From Octopus bimaculoides (taxonomy: Eukaryota), in contig NC_068991.1 in the NCBI RefSeq assembly GCF_001194135.2, positions 35,360,658-35,424,657 on the forward strand: a DNA stretch of 64,000 bases. The letters are read 5' to 3'. The position numbers and the translations under genes were made by a program. This document shows positions 11,676-24,800 of the stretch, piece after piece (position 1 is the first letter of the stretch; every line of letters begins with the position of its first letter). The notes under the pieces were generated by a model that saw only the letters and a list, made by a program, of their open reading frames with translations, did no database searches and was not told the origin of the DNA.

Positions 11676-12843
11676 TTATACAGGGTGCATGGGTAAATTG
11701 TTGCCATTTTATATTTTTAATTTTGCACATGCACATTATTTGTTTTTAATTTTGTCAACTACACAATATAGTAGTTGAACACCATCTGTGAGAAAAACAG
11801 CACTATGACGCAATTCACTCTGCCAGAGATTTGGAAACGACATGCTGTACTGCTTGGCATTTGCACTGGAAGCTCCATTATGAACATTTCAGAGTGATAA
11901 AAATCAAACATCCAGTCAACATCATAGTGTTTGGAGTGACCACTAGTGATGGCGACATTATACCTTCATTTATCTTCCCACACAGCCTCAGACTCAACAT
12001 GGAAGCCTACATCAAGTGCCTGGAGGGGGTAGTGCTGTCGTGGGCCAAGAGGGTGGCTGCTGGAAGACCCTGTGTCTGGCAACAGGATTCTGCACCATGC
12101 CACATAAGCAGGAGAACCCAGTCATGACTGTCAGACAATTTCTGTGACCATATCACCCATAACATCTGGTCACCTAACTCCCCAGACTGCAATCCCTTGA
12201 TTATTACGTGTGGTGCTTCCTTTCTTTCGAGCTTACACATGTCTTTAGCAGTCACGGCCCATGTTTCACTGCTGTGTAGCATGGCAGTTTGCTCACACAC
12301 ATCATACAGTCTATCTTTCATGCTGAGCGAGAGGCCCTTTGTCACCAGTAGGGGTAGGGACTTTCTGAACTTTGCCCAGGCTATTCTTATACTAGTGCCA
12401 ACACTCTCTGAGCATCCCCCCCCCCCNNNNNNNNNNNNNNNNNNNNNNNNNNNNNNNNNNNNNNNNNNNNNNNNNNNNNNNNNNNNNNNNNNNNNNNNNN
12501 NNNNNNNNNNNNNNNNNNNNNNNNNNNNNNNNNNNNNNNNNNNNNNNNNNNCACTACAGACTTTGTCACCTAGGTAGCCGAAGCTATCAACTACTTCTAG
12601 TTTCTCCCCCTGGCATATGATGGAATCAGTTTTCTGAACATATGCAGTGTTTACTGCCCCTGTGCATCTGCCGCCCATGAAAGCTATCTTCCCGGTTAAC
12701 CTTCCTTTGATGTTGCTGCACCTCTTATGCGTCCATAGCTTACACTGGGTAAGTTTCTACCCACACCTTTTCTACAGATTGAGCAGGACCATCTACTTGA
12801 AGGGGTTTGTGATGTGTTTGCCTTCCTACTTACTAGGACTTTG

Positions 12844-12885
<42 letters not shown>

Positions 12886-15800
12886 ATGCAAAATGGGACA
12901 AGAACGCAAAACATCTAGACAGTTAGGTGATACAAGAAAGGAACAACAAAACATCCAGATAGATGATACAAAGAAAACAAAGACAGGTCATTTGGAGTTT
13001 TGTTTCCTCAGTCGAGATCCAGATTATCTTTGCAATTTTGGCTGGTTATTCTCGATATTGCTCCAATCTGGCCAGCCTCAAGGAAAAACTAAGCTAAGAG
13101 CATTAGATTCCTTGGAAGAAAGCAGCAAATGTATACAAAAACACTGTTACACAAATACAATAAAAATAACAGGACATAACAACAGATGTCTTTCGACTAA
13201 GGACGAATTAAATTAAGCTGGCGTGTATGGAAATAAGGCCTTACAGCAGGGATACAAGATTTCGCAGGCACAGGGAGGAATATCGATGTTGTACGCACAA
13301 CGACCGGCCAAGAAAGACAGATCAGGCTTGGCCGAATGCCGGTCACGTGGGAAGAGAAGAGAGAGAGGTAGAGGCAGAGGGACAAAAGAATTTAGGAGGG
13401 GTGAGAAAAAATGACAGGAACACTGAAGTGAAAAGTGGAGGGAAAGTGAGCAAGAAGAGAAGGCAAGGAAATGTGAGCAAGGGGGAATGAAAGAACGAAG
13501 ATTGGAATGAACGAATAAGGGTGAAGGGGCTGAGAGACAGAAATAGTCATGCACACACACACACATCTCTGTGTGCGTGTGTGTGTTAGTGTCTGTGTTT
13601 GTCCCCCAACCACTGCTTGACATCTGGTTTTGCTGTGTTTATGTTCCTGTAACTTAGTGGTTCAGTAAAAGAGACCTATAGAATTAAGTACCAGTCTTAA
13701 AAAGCAAGAATAAGTACTGAGTTTGATTCGTTTGACTAAAATTCCTCAAGGTGGTGTCCCAGCATGGCTGCAGTCTAATGACTGAAACAAAAGATAAAGA
13801 TGTAAGATAACTGCTGATCCTCTCCAAAACTTAAATAAAACCCACAGTGGAATACTACTTCCACATCTTGAATGTTTGCTGCTAAACTGTATCACCTCTC
13901 CTCCCCACACTGTAAGCCATCAAAGACTCACAACCAACATTTCAACCTCTATGTCACAGACATGCTGTCTCCTCATCTTTTTACTGTTACTGAAACAACA
14001 GGCTCAGAGATAACCAGCTAACTGCATTGTGCCTTCACTCATTTCCACCTTATTCGTTACCCATTCTTAAAAATGGGTCTAATTAAACTTTTAAAGCAGT
14101 CTCTATGTTTTTGTGCTACAAAAGGTGTATGGCTTAGTGGTTAGGGTGTTTGGCACATGGTCGTAATGTTGTGTCATTGAGCAAGCAAGATACTTTATTT
14201 CACATTGCTCCTGCTGGCAAAAAATGAGTAGTACTTGTATTTCAAAGGGCCAGCCTTGTCAGATTTTGTGTCATGCTGAATCTTCCTGAGAACTACATTA
14301 AGGGTACATGTATCTGTGGAGTGCTCAGCCACTTGCACGTTAATTTCACGAGCAGGGTATTCCGTTGATTGGATCAATTGGAACCCTCATTATCGTAACT
14401 GACAGAGTGCCAGTCAACAGTTTTAAGAATTAAGCTAATTTCAGATAAATATCGGGATTAGAATTAAGCTGTTATAATCAGAGTATTACATAATCTTATG
14501 ATATTTCGTTGATGTTAAATTTGGTCTTATGTTGACTATAAGTGGTGAAAACTTTTACTTGATCTCACATAGATACATGTGCACATTGTAATTTACTTGT
14601 ATATAGATTACAATGTATATTTGTAGTTCCTATCATGACCAACACACTGAATATGTAAATCTGAACTATAAATATCTACCACGAATAGTAAAACTTGTAT
14701 ATATAAGTAGCAGAAACATTATAACTACCAGGAGAGTACTGTTTTTGATTGTTTTTACTTATTCAGCAATTTTCACAATTTTGCTAAGAGCTATGTCAGT
14801 ATGTCATAAACACAGGTGTGGCTGTGTGGTAAGAAGTTTGCTTCTCAGCCACAAGGTTCCAGGTTCACTCCCACTGCATGGCATCTTGGGCAAGTGTTTT
14901 CTGCTATAGCCTTGGGCTGATCAAAGCCTTGTGAGTGGATTGGGTAGATGGAAACTGAAAGAAACCTGATGTGTGTTTGTCTGTGTGCGTGCGTGCGTGT
15001 GTGTGTTAGTGTCTACCACTTGACAGCCAGTGTTGGTGTGTTTATGTCCTGTACCTTAGCAGTTCAGCAGAAGAGACTGATAGAGTAAGTATCAGGCTTA
15101 TAAAGAAAATAAATACTGGGGTTGATTCATTCGACTAAAATTCTTCAAAGTGGTACCCCAGCATGGTCGCAATCTAATGACTGATAAAAGATAAAGATGT
15201 GTTTTATCCCAGATATACTGTATAAAAATGATGTTTTCAAGTTTTGCCCTCATCACTCACTGGGTTTACTCTTTAACAATCACGTGTTTATACTTGTTTT
15301 TCAGCTTTATTATTATTCTTATTTTAGTGTCTTTTGTCTGAAATCTTTCGTCACACATCCTGTGACCTCTTCAGCAACTCTCTGTCCCATGTGTCTCCTC
15401 CTGTACTGTTTAGTCCATTCTGCCTACACCACAGACAGGCAGAATGGACTAAATAGCACAGGAGGAGACACATGGGATGGAGAGTCACTGGAGAGGTCAC
15501 AGGATGTGTGACGAAAGATTTCCAGACAAGGGACACTAAGATAAGAATAATCACATGTTTACCCTTGAACAATTTACACCTGTTTATACTTTTACCTCTC
15601 TTTAGTTTTAATAAATGTTTTCTTTTCCTTTTTTTCAGACTATTGTCTCTGAGAGTTATTAATGTTTATGATGTTGACCACAAAACATATTTAATTAAAT
15701 TATCATTGTGAGTATTATTTCTTCACTGACGTTTGCTTTCATTTCTATTATTTTAATAGAATAATAAAATTGAAATATATATATTTTTACCTCAATATGA

Positions 15801-18800
15801 AATTTTATATATTTTTACCTCAATATGAAATTTTATATATTTTTACCTCAATATGAAATTTTATATATTAATTACTTTTTGAAATCAAATTTTTAATTTT
15901 GGAATTGTACTTACTTGGCAAGTAACTTTATGTGAAATAGTATATTGAAATTGGAACAGCTACATCTTGGAAAAATCATAATAGTAATTTAAAACACATA
16001 CAGTTACATTCACTTTTGTTTATCTCTTGATAGCTGAAACTGGAGTTTGGTGCAGCTCTGTTGCTCACTGGAACCAGTCAAACTGTCCGACCCATGCCAG
16101 CATGGAAAATGGATGCTCAACGATGATGAGTATTGAGAATATGTAAAAGTTTTGTAATCCATCAATGACCTGGTCAGTGGCATGGAACTATGTCAGTTTT
16201 CAGGTCATACATGAATAACCAAATGTTTTTACACTTTATAGTATACAGTAGGTGCAGACGTGGCTGTGTGGTAAGAAATTTGCTTCCCAATCACATGGTT
16301 CAGGTTCAGTCCCCCTGTGTGAAATTTTGGGCAAGTGTCTTCTACTATAGCCTCAAGCCAACCCAAGCCTTGTGAGTGGGTTTGGTAGACAGAAACTGAA
16401 AGAAAGCCTGTTGTATGTGTGTCTGTGTTTGTCCCCCACCACCACTTGACAACGGGTGTTGATTTGTTTATATCCCTGTAACTTAACAGTTCAGCAAAAG
16501 AGATTAAACAATAAGTAACTGTCTTTAAAAAAAAACAAATTAGCATTGGGGTTGATTTGTTCAACTAAAATTCTTCAAGGCAGTGGCCCAGCATGGCTAC
16601 AGTCTAATGACTGAAACAGATAAAAAGTAATACCATAATATACACTTCACATACACTATTATAGCATACAACACTATAATATACAATACTATAGTACACA
16701 ATATTTATAAAATCACAGAAGTGAATGTAAAGGTATATGTGTGTGTTTTAAAATTCGGAACTTTTAGAGCAAAACGTGTTAGTGGATAAGGTTGCAAACT
16801 CATTGAATAAATTCACTGTTGCTATTGTATTCTGTATCTAGGTAGAAACTATACTTCTGTAAGCTTGGCTCACGTAACTGTCAAAAATAGGGACTGCATT
16901 TTCTGGAAAATTGTAATACATTGATATCTTTCAAGGAGGTGACTTATTTCTCTTCTGTTGAATACCATGAAACTAGAGTTAAAGCATCAAAAATCTCTTG
17001 AGAGTTTGGGAATATTTAAATTTAGAAAAATAAAAGATATCTTCTGCATGATTAAAATGAGGCCTTTCATTGCTATTTTTGTTTTCTATTTAAATATTGT
17101 TTACTTTAGACTTTAACAGATCATTACTTGTGTGATAATACTACAGTCTAGTAATGTTAGTAACTTTTCATTTTACTAAGTTTTCTGAATTTAATTTATG
17201 AGTATTCAATGTTGATTTTTGGTATTAATAAGTACCAGTAATATACTAAGTTAATTCAGTTTATTGCATTTCTCACAAAATAATTTTGTAATTTCTCACT
17301 TAGAAAATCATTATTTTTTTTAGTTTAAAACTGGACAAATTCCAAACTATTTCTTTAATATTGTAAAATTATTTTCTTAATGAATAGATTGAAGAAATCA
17401 AACATTAAACATTTCAAAATACAATTTGAATAAATAATCTACTTTTTACTGTTTTATTTCCTTAGACCTGACAACAAAGCAGTTTTGGTTATTGAATCTG
17501 GCATCAGAATACACAGCACTGAATTTGAATGGCCCAAACATGTGGCTCCCTCTGGATTTGCTATGAAGGTTATTTTAGATTTTAAAGTTTCTGAAAGTAT
17601 TTGTAATTTTCTTACTAGAATAGTAAAGAATGATTTGGTTGTTTCCTTCTCATTTTGTTTATATTTAATCCTTTAGCATTCAGGTTACTCTGTCAAATAT
17701 AATCTTTATTTATTCACATTGTTTTGAATTAATCATGCATTATCTCATTATTTTGATGATGTGACTATATTTTTAGAATGACATTATAGGCTAGGTGTGA
17801 GAGATTTGATCTAGCCAGTATGAACCTAAAACAGGTAAAATGTTTTGGCTGGATATAGCTGGTTTAAATACTAAAGGATTAAACCATGTTTTGATTAGAA
17901 TATTCTCTTTAAAAATGGTGTGGGGGAATTATGGTTGGGCAGGTATCATGATGAGATACAGCTTTCTGCTATAGGTAGCAAGATCACTTTAGTAATAGCA
18001 AGTGTTATATTAGCTTTCAGTGCTGAATTCAACTCGTTTCCATGAATCTGAAGAAAGTAAATGAAGACACCTGCAGTTTATCCTCTCTTAAATAACTGCA
18101 TAGAGATGAAAATCTTTAGTGATGCTACAATCATCATCATCATCATCATCACCGTTTAACGTCCGCTTTCCATGCTAGCATGGGTTGGACGATTTGACTG
18201 AGACTGGTGGACCAGGAGGCGACACCAGGCTCCAATCTGATTTGGCAGAGTTTCTACAGCTGGATGCCCTTTTATTTATTTTATATTGCACATTTGACCT
18301 TTCCTAACAATCTCATAACACAGCAGAGTCTACTTTAGAAAGACTGGCTTTCCTCATAAAAACTTCAAAATAATTCAGTTCTGGACAATTACTCACCATG
18401 TATGGTATTCAAGTGAGACCCACAATAAAATATTGCTCTCACATCTGGTCTCACAGAAGTGTTGTCTCCTCACTGATTCTTCTGTTACCACAATGGTCTC
18501 CATTTATCAAACCTGATCAATTTCATGCCACCATCACTCTTTCCCACACATCTCTCCTTTTATCAGCATCATGTTTTCTTGTGGTTGCCTATTTGTTTTA
18601 TTTTAATAGCTTGATCAGAAGAGGATGGGCAGTGCTTGTAACACTTCTCAAGACCTCTGAGACTGTAGGAGGAAGGGAGGAAGTAATTCTCATGTCACAG
18701 GTCTGGTCTGAGTGCTTGGAGGATCCAAAGTAGGTAATAAACCAGGCATTGGATAAAGTATATCACCCAAGAAAAGAAGACTCTCTCTCTGATAAACTCC

Positions 18801-21800
18801 CACAGTTTCTGTCTTCCAAATATCACTCATGAGACACTGGTCAACCCTACCTAGATACATGGCTGTGAGCTTAACCTAGAATTCATGTAATTGTGAATCA
18901 AATGTCTTAGCCAATTAACTGTGATAGTTAACTGACCTTCAACATTTACATAGTTTTCTTCTATATTGTTTTTTTTTAAAATTTAGTTTCTGTCATGATT
19001 TGTGAACAATAATGTGATTGGCCACAAGTTTCCAGATTGGCCACAAGTTATGTGGTGACCTCACTAGTGCTGGTGCTGGTGCCAGGAAAAATACAGAGGG
19101 TCTAGGATTTCCCCTGACCCACTTCCTAAGGAGTGGGATAAACGAAACTTGGCATAATTATTAGTCCTCTATATAGCTACCACAAATAGTGACACACTTC
19201 TCCCATCATTTTAAGCAACTGTGAAGACCTTGTCTGTATAGAAGTCGGTAGACTATACCTCAGAAATAAGTTCATCATCATCCAAAAAGTGCTTCCTCTT
19301 CAAAAAAGACTTGATGGTTGGAAAGAGGTGGAAATTAGATTGTGCGAGTTTGGTAGTGTAGGGGATAATGTAGGATTTTGTAGCTGCAGGAGTGTGCTTT
19401 CATCTGTGCAACATACACATTGTGAACTGGGGTTTTGTCTTGGAGGAGGCAGACTCCTTTAGTCAGTATGCTATGCCTCTCTGCTTTGATGGTGTCCCGC
19501 AATTTCTGTGGCAGAGAAGCATAATATGCCCCATAAATTGTGGTGCCCTTTGCCAGAAGATTCATCATCACTACTCCAAGCTGGTCCAAAAAGATTGAGC
19601 ATCACCTTACCTGCTGGGGGTTGGACATGCGCCTTCTTTGGCAGTGGTGAATTATCATGCTTCCATTGCTTTGACTGAACTCTCAGGAGCATAGTGATAG
19701 ACCCAAATTTCATCCTGTGTGATAAGTCTGCTGAAAAAGTCCTCCTCGTTTTCTTGGCACATTACCAAAAGAGCCTGGGAGCAATTGACTTGTTCCTGTT
19801 TCTGAAAAGGTGTAGCATCTGGGGAATCCATCATGCAGCCAACTTCCACATGGGCAGATGGTTGTGAATAATTTTTTCCATGGACTTATCTTCACTTCTT
19901 GGGCTAATTGCTGAATAGTTATGCAGTGATCTTCCAAAATGGTGGCTTCCACTTTATGGATGGTGTCGTCATCAATGGCAGAATGTGGTTGTCCAGGAAT
20001 AGGAGCAGTTTCCCCTGATGTCCAACCACATTTGAACTGGCGATGCCACTGCTTGACTACGGTGTGTGATGGTGCATTGTCACCATAAACTTCTTTCAAC
20101 ACTCCTTGTATATATAGTACACTCCATAAAGTGCTTGGAGTTAGGAAGCGCAACCATCCATAGAAACCATATGAAAACTGGTCCTCTAACATGGATCTTG
20201 TTGACCTGTTGAAGCCATGCCAACATGGAAAGCAGACAAAATGACGATGATGATAGCTTCATTTGCATTTGAGTTTCCTAAAAAGAGATTTATATTTCTC
20301 TCTCTGCACAGCCTCCCCACTTGAAATACTTTCTCTATATTCATACTCTGTTCTTCCCTTTACATCGATGGGACCTTCCAACTTCTCCTTCTCTTACTGC
20401 TCTTGTTGCACTCACCCACTGCTTTCCCATCCTCTGTCTCTTTTTCTCATACTCCTCTTCCCAGAGCTTTCATGTTTTCTTTCATGTTCCCTTTTCCTTA
20501 CACCTTTTCATATAATGTTTTTCCCACCTTCATAATCCACCTTACCACTCTGTTGCTTTCTCATTAACCAATCTCTTCTCTTTCCCTAATCCCTTTCATA
20601 ATCTCTCCCTTCACTTCCTCTCTTTCACACCTATAAATTTGTTACTGTCATCATCACTTTATCCTCTCTCATTTTCCCACCTAGAATCATCATACACTCT
20701 TGCCTATTCTTCTACAGTTATACAGACCCCTTTTAGACCCGTAGCCTTGCAAGTTGCAAAAAAAAAAAACACTCAGTATACTTTGTGAAGTAGTTGACAT
20801 TAGGAAGCCATATAAACATTGCTAAAAATCAAACATTGGAGCTTGACACAGTTGTCTGAGGAACTCTTTTACCTTCCATCAATACAAATAAATCAATAGT
20901 AACATTCAAAAAAATCTCACTCTTTATTTAAGCAATAAGTGAATATTTGTAAATACGAAATAAAAAATGCAAAAACATCTGTTTTTAATTATAAACATAC
21001 AAAATTCACAGAAATAATGAAAATAATAAATTAATGATATTTTATGACAATGATGACATTTTAAAGATTGGTAACATATTTAATCAGGTATTTTATATAC
21101 TTCTCTATTCACAGCTTCGGAAACATCTCCGGGGTCGTCGTTTGGAGGCTGTGCATCAGCTTGGCATCGACCGAGTTGTTGATTTACAGTTTGGTTCATC
21201 AGAAGCAGCTTACCATGTAATATTAGAGATGTATGATCGTGTAAGGCAATTAAATTTTTTCCTTATTCTTTCACTTAGTTTCTTTGTTGGCTTTTCATGT
21301 AGTCAATTTTGTTTTTTACTGGCTGGGTTGTCAGTCATGGTTTTCAATTTTTTTCTTTTTTCTAGGGAAATATTGTTTTAACAGATTATAATTATGTTAT
21401 CTTAAATATTTTGCGGCCTCGGTCCAATGAGAGTGAAGATGTAAAGCTAGTCGTTCGAGAGAGATACCCAGTTAGCAGTGCCAAGCAATATGAACCTATT
21501 GAACGTGAAAAGTAAGGTTATCTTTGTTTCTTTACACTATAGACTGCTATTTCTACTTGTGCATTGTTGAATTGATGTGTCATTGATTAGCTTATAAGAA
21601 AAAAACAAAAACAAAAAATTACTGTAATATCTTGTAATATGATTGGATTTAGGAATTGATGATTTCATCAATATGTAGTGATTGAAAGAAGTATATAGTG
21701 TGGAGTGTTTTCATGTTGCTTATTTGTAATCAGTTGATTCTCCTGTTTCCTTGTGAGTATGAAGTCAATTTCACTTGTGTATTCACCTGATCGATGGGTG

Positions 21801-24800
21801 ATCAAGTATCTTGAAAGTAGTGTTGCAAAAGGCTACATTATTTGCATCACAGAACTGCAGGAATCTCAATAATTATTTTCTGAACCATATCTATGACCTC
21901 TCCATAACATGCTGGAGTAGCTATCATGGTATTGCTTAACTTGTCCAACAAAATCTCTGGTCATGATAACCAGATTGCCATCATTTGTTATTGATATATT
22001 AGGTTGTCAAGAAAATTCTTGTGGTTTTTAACCTTTAAATTCAGATGCACATATCTTGGCTCAAACAAAACTTTATTAATTGAAATAAACACCATCAGAA
22101 TCAACACACTTTTGCCAATGCGAGACAAGTTTATTTACTTTTGCCAACGCGAAACAAGTTTATTTATACCAGTAGCGTAAAAATCTTGAGTTCTGGTGGC
22201 AATGAAGTTGTTGAAAGCGTTTTTGGCATTGTCTTGGTTTTTGAAGTATTTCTCATGCAGGAAGTTGTCGAGATGCTTGAAAAAGTGGTAGTCGGTAGGT
22301 GAGAGGTCTGGTGAGTATGGTGGATGAGGCAGAGATTCATAGCTCAATTCGTTCAACTTCTGCAGGCAGAGTCAGTTGTGCAGCTGAGCGTTGTCGTGGA
22401 GAAGAATTGGTCCTTTTCTATTGACCAATGTTGGCTGTTGTTGTCGGAGTTTCTTATGCATTTCATTCATTTGCTGACAGTACTTCTCCCCCGTAATGGT
22501 TTTGCCTGGATCCAAAACGCTGTGATGGATGAGACTGGCTGCAGGCCACCAAACAGTCACCATGACCTTCTTTTGGTGCAACTTTAGCTTTGGGAAGTGC
22601 TGTGGAGCTTCGTCGGCATCCAACCACTGAGCTGAGCGTCGCCGGTTGTCGTAAAGAATCCTCTTTTCATTGTAAGTCACAATCTGGTTGAGAAATGGGT
22701 CGTTCTTGTTGTGTAAAAGAAGGGAAGATGACACTTCAAAACGGCGTTTTTTTTGGTTGTCGTTCAGTTCGTGCGGCATCCATTTCTCAAGTATTTTTGT
22801 TTTTCCAATCTCTTTCAAGTGGTTGGAAATTGTTGTATACGTTACATCTAATTCAGAAGCTAGCTCTCAAACGGTTGTGTGTGGATTGGCTTCGACTAAG
22901 GCTCTTAGTTGATCGTTGTCAACATCTGATGGCCGACCACTACGCTTGTCATCTTCAAGACTCTCATCACCGCTATGAAATTTCTTGAGCCACCATTGTG
23001 CTGTACGTTCATTAGTGGTTCCTGGGCCAAATGCATCGTTGATATTGCGAGCTGTTTCAGCAGCTTTTCAGCCTAGCTTGAACTGAAATAAGAAAATAAG
23101 TACTTTCTTGACGACCTAATAATTTGCACTAGGCCTCACAGAAAAGGTCCTTTTATCCACTAGTTAGTTTTGATTCAGGGATCACTGGGGCTGTCATGTT
23201 ATCCATGACTTGCCTAAGCTTCATTATTCTGTTACTTCAGGTATCCCACATGGTTGGTTATTAAGTGTCTTCTATTATGGTGTTTGGTTGACCAATGCCT
23301 AGTGAGTGGATTTGGTTGACAGAAATTGAAAGAAACCTATTGTTTACATACACACACACACAGTGTGTGTGTGTGTGTATGTATGTACATATATGTGTGT
23401 GTGTTAGTTTATGTCTCCTTGACATCACATGATAGTTGTGAATGAGCCCACAGTCACATAAGCAATATTGTTTGTTTCCAATGTCCCATAAAAACATATG
23501 TCTATGGAGAAATATTTCCTTGCTTGAAAACAGGCAACAGTTGGTGACAGGAAAGGCATCCGGCCATAGAAAACCTGTTTCAACAAATTCTGTCTGACCC
23601 ATGCAAGCACAGAAAAGTGGACATTAAAACGATGAGGATGATCATATTTCATGCTTGTGAGGTATCTGATTAAGGCTTCCAACCATCTAATTTCTTGTAC
23701 ACAGAACATATCTAGTTGCCTCATATCAGCACCTCTACAATCTCTCAAAATCTACCTTTTATTGTACTAAAACTGCTAGTGGAATCCCTGAGTTTTGTAA
23801 CTGTATGTATACATGACAGACTGGGTAAACAGAAATTTCAGTCTTCAGATTTCATGTAGTGCTGATAATCAGATGTTTTCTCTTCCAGAGTTAGGGGTGA
23901 AAAGCATCATAACAAACATAAGCATTCATCATCATCATCATCATCGTTTAACGTCCGCTTTCCATGCTAGCATGGGTTGGACGATTTGACTGAGGACTGG
24001 TGAAACCGGATGGCAACACCAGGCTCCAATCTAATTTGGCAGAGTTTCTACAGCTGGATGCCCTTCCTAACGCCAACCACTCAGAGAGTGTAGTCGGTGC
24101 TTTTACGTGTCACCCGCACGAAAACGGCCACGCTCGAAATGGTGTCTTTTATGTGCCACCCGCACAAGTCAGTCCAGGGGCACTGGCAACGGTCTCACTC
24201 GAAAATCCTACGGGAGCCAGTCAGGCGGTACTGGCAACGGCCACGCTCAAAATGGTGCNNNNNNNNNNNNNNNNNNNNNNNNNNNNNNNNNNNNNNNNNN
24301 NNNNNNNNNNNNNNNNNNNNNNNNNNNNNNNNNNNNNNNNNNNNNNNNNNNNNNNNNNNNNNNNNNNNNNNNNNNNNNNNNNNNNNNNNNNNNNNNNNNN
24401 NNNNNNNNNNNNNNNNNNNNNNNNNNNNNNNNNNNNNNNNNNNNNNNNNNNNNNNNNNNNNNNNNNNNNNNNNNNNNNNNNNNNNNNNNNNNNNNNNNNN
24501 NNNNNNNNNNNNNNNNNNNNNNNNNNNNNNNTGTTAGGGTGTGGCACTTTTTCACGCAGCTATCCTCATCCATTCTCACCAAATGTCCATACCAGCGCAA
24601 TCATCTCTCTTGCACACCACAACTGATGCTTCTAATGTTCAGCTTTTCTCTCAAGATACTTACACTCTGAGGGGTATTCACATTGACATTACACATCCAA
24701 CGGAGCATACTGGCTTCATTCCTTGCGAGCTTACGTATGTCCTCAGCAGTTACAGCCCATGTTTCACTGCCATGTAGCATGGCTGTTCGTACGCATGCGT

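Noticed and set aside
12893-13216. 107-aa ORF with a paralogue at 60430-60675 as a novel gene
   Set aside because: Similarity is explained by the shared DNA repeat; no splice or domain support.
23982-24110. Recurrent [11 protein letters not shown](N/D)[15 protein letters not shown] ORFs (also 59208, 59745, 61152)
   Set aside because: Antisense reading of the RTE 3'UTR, starting at GTG/alternative codons.
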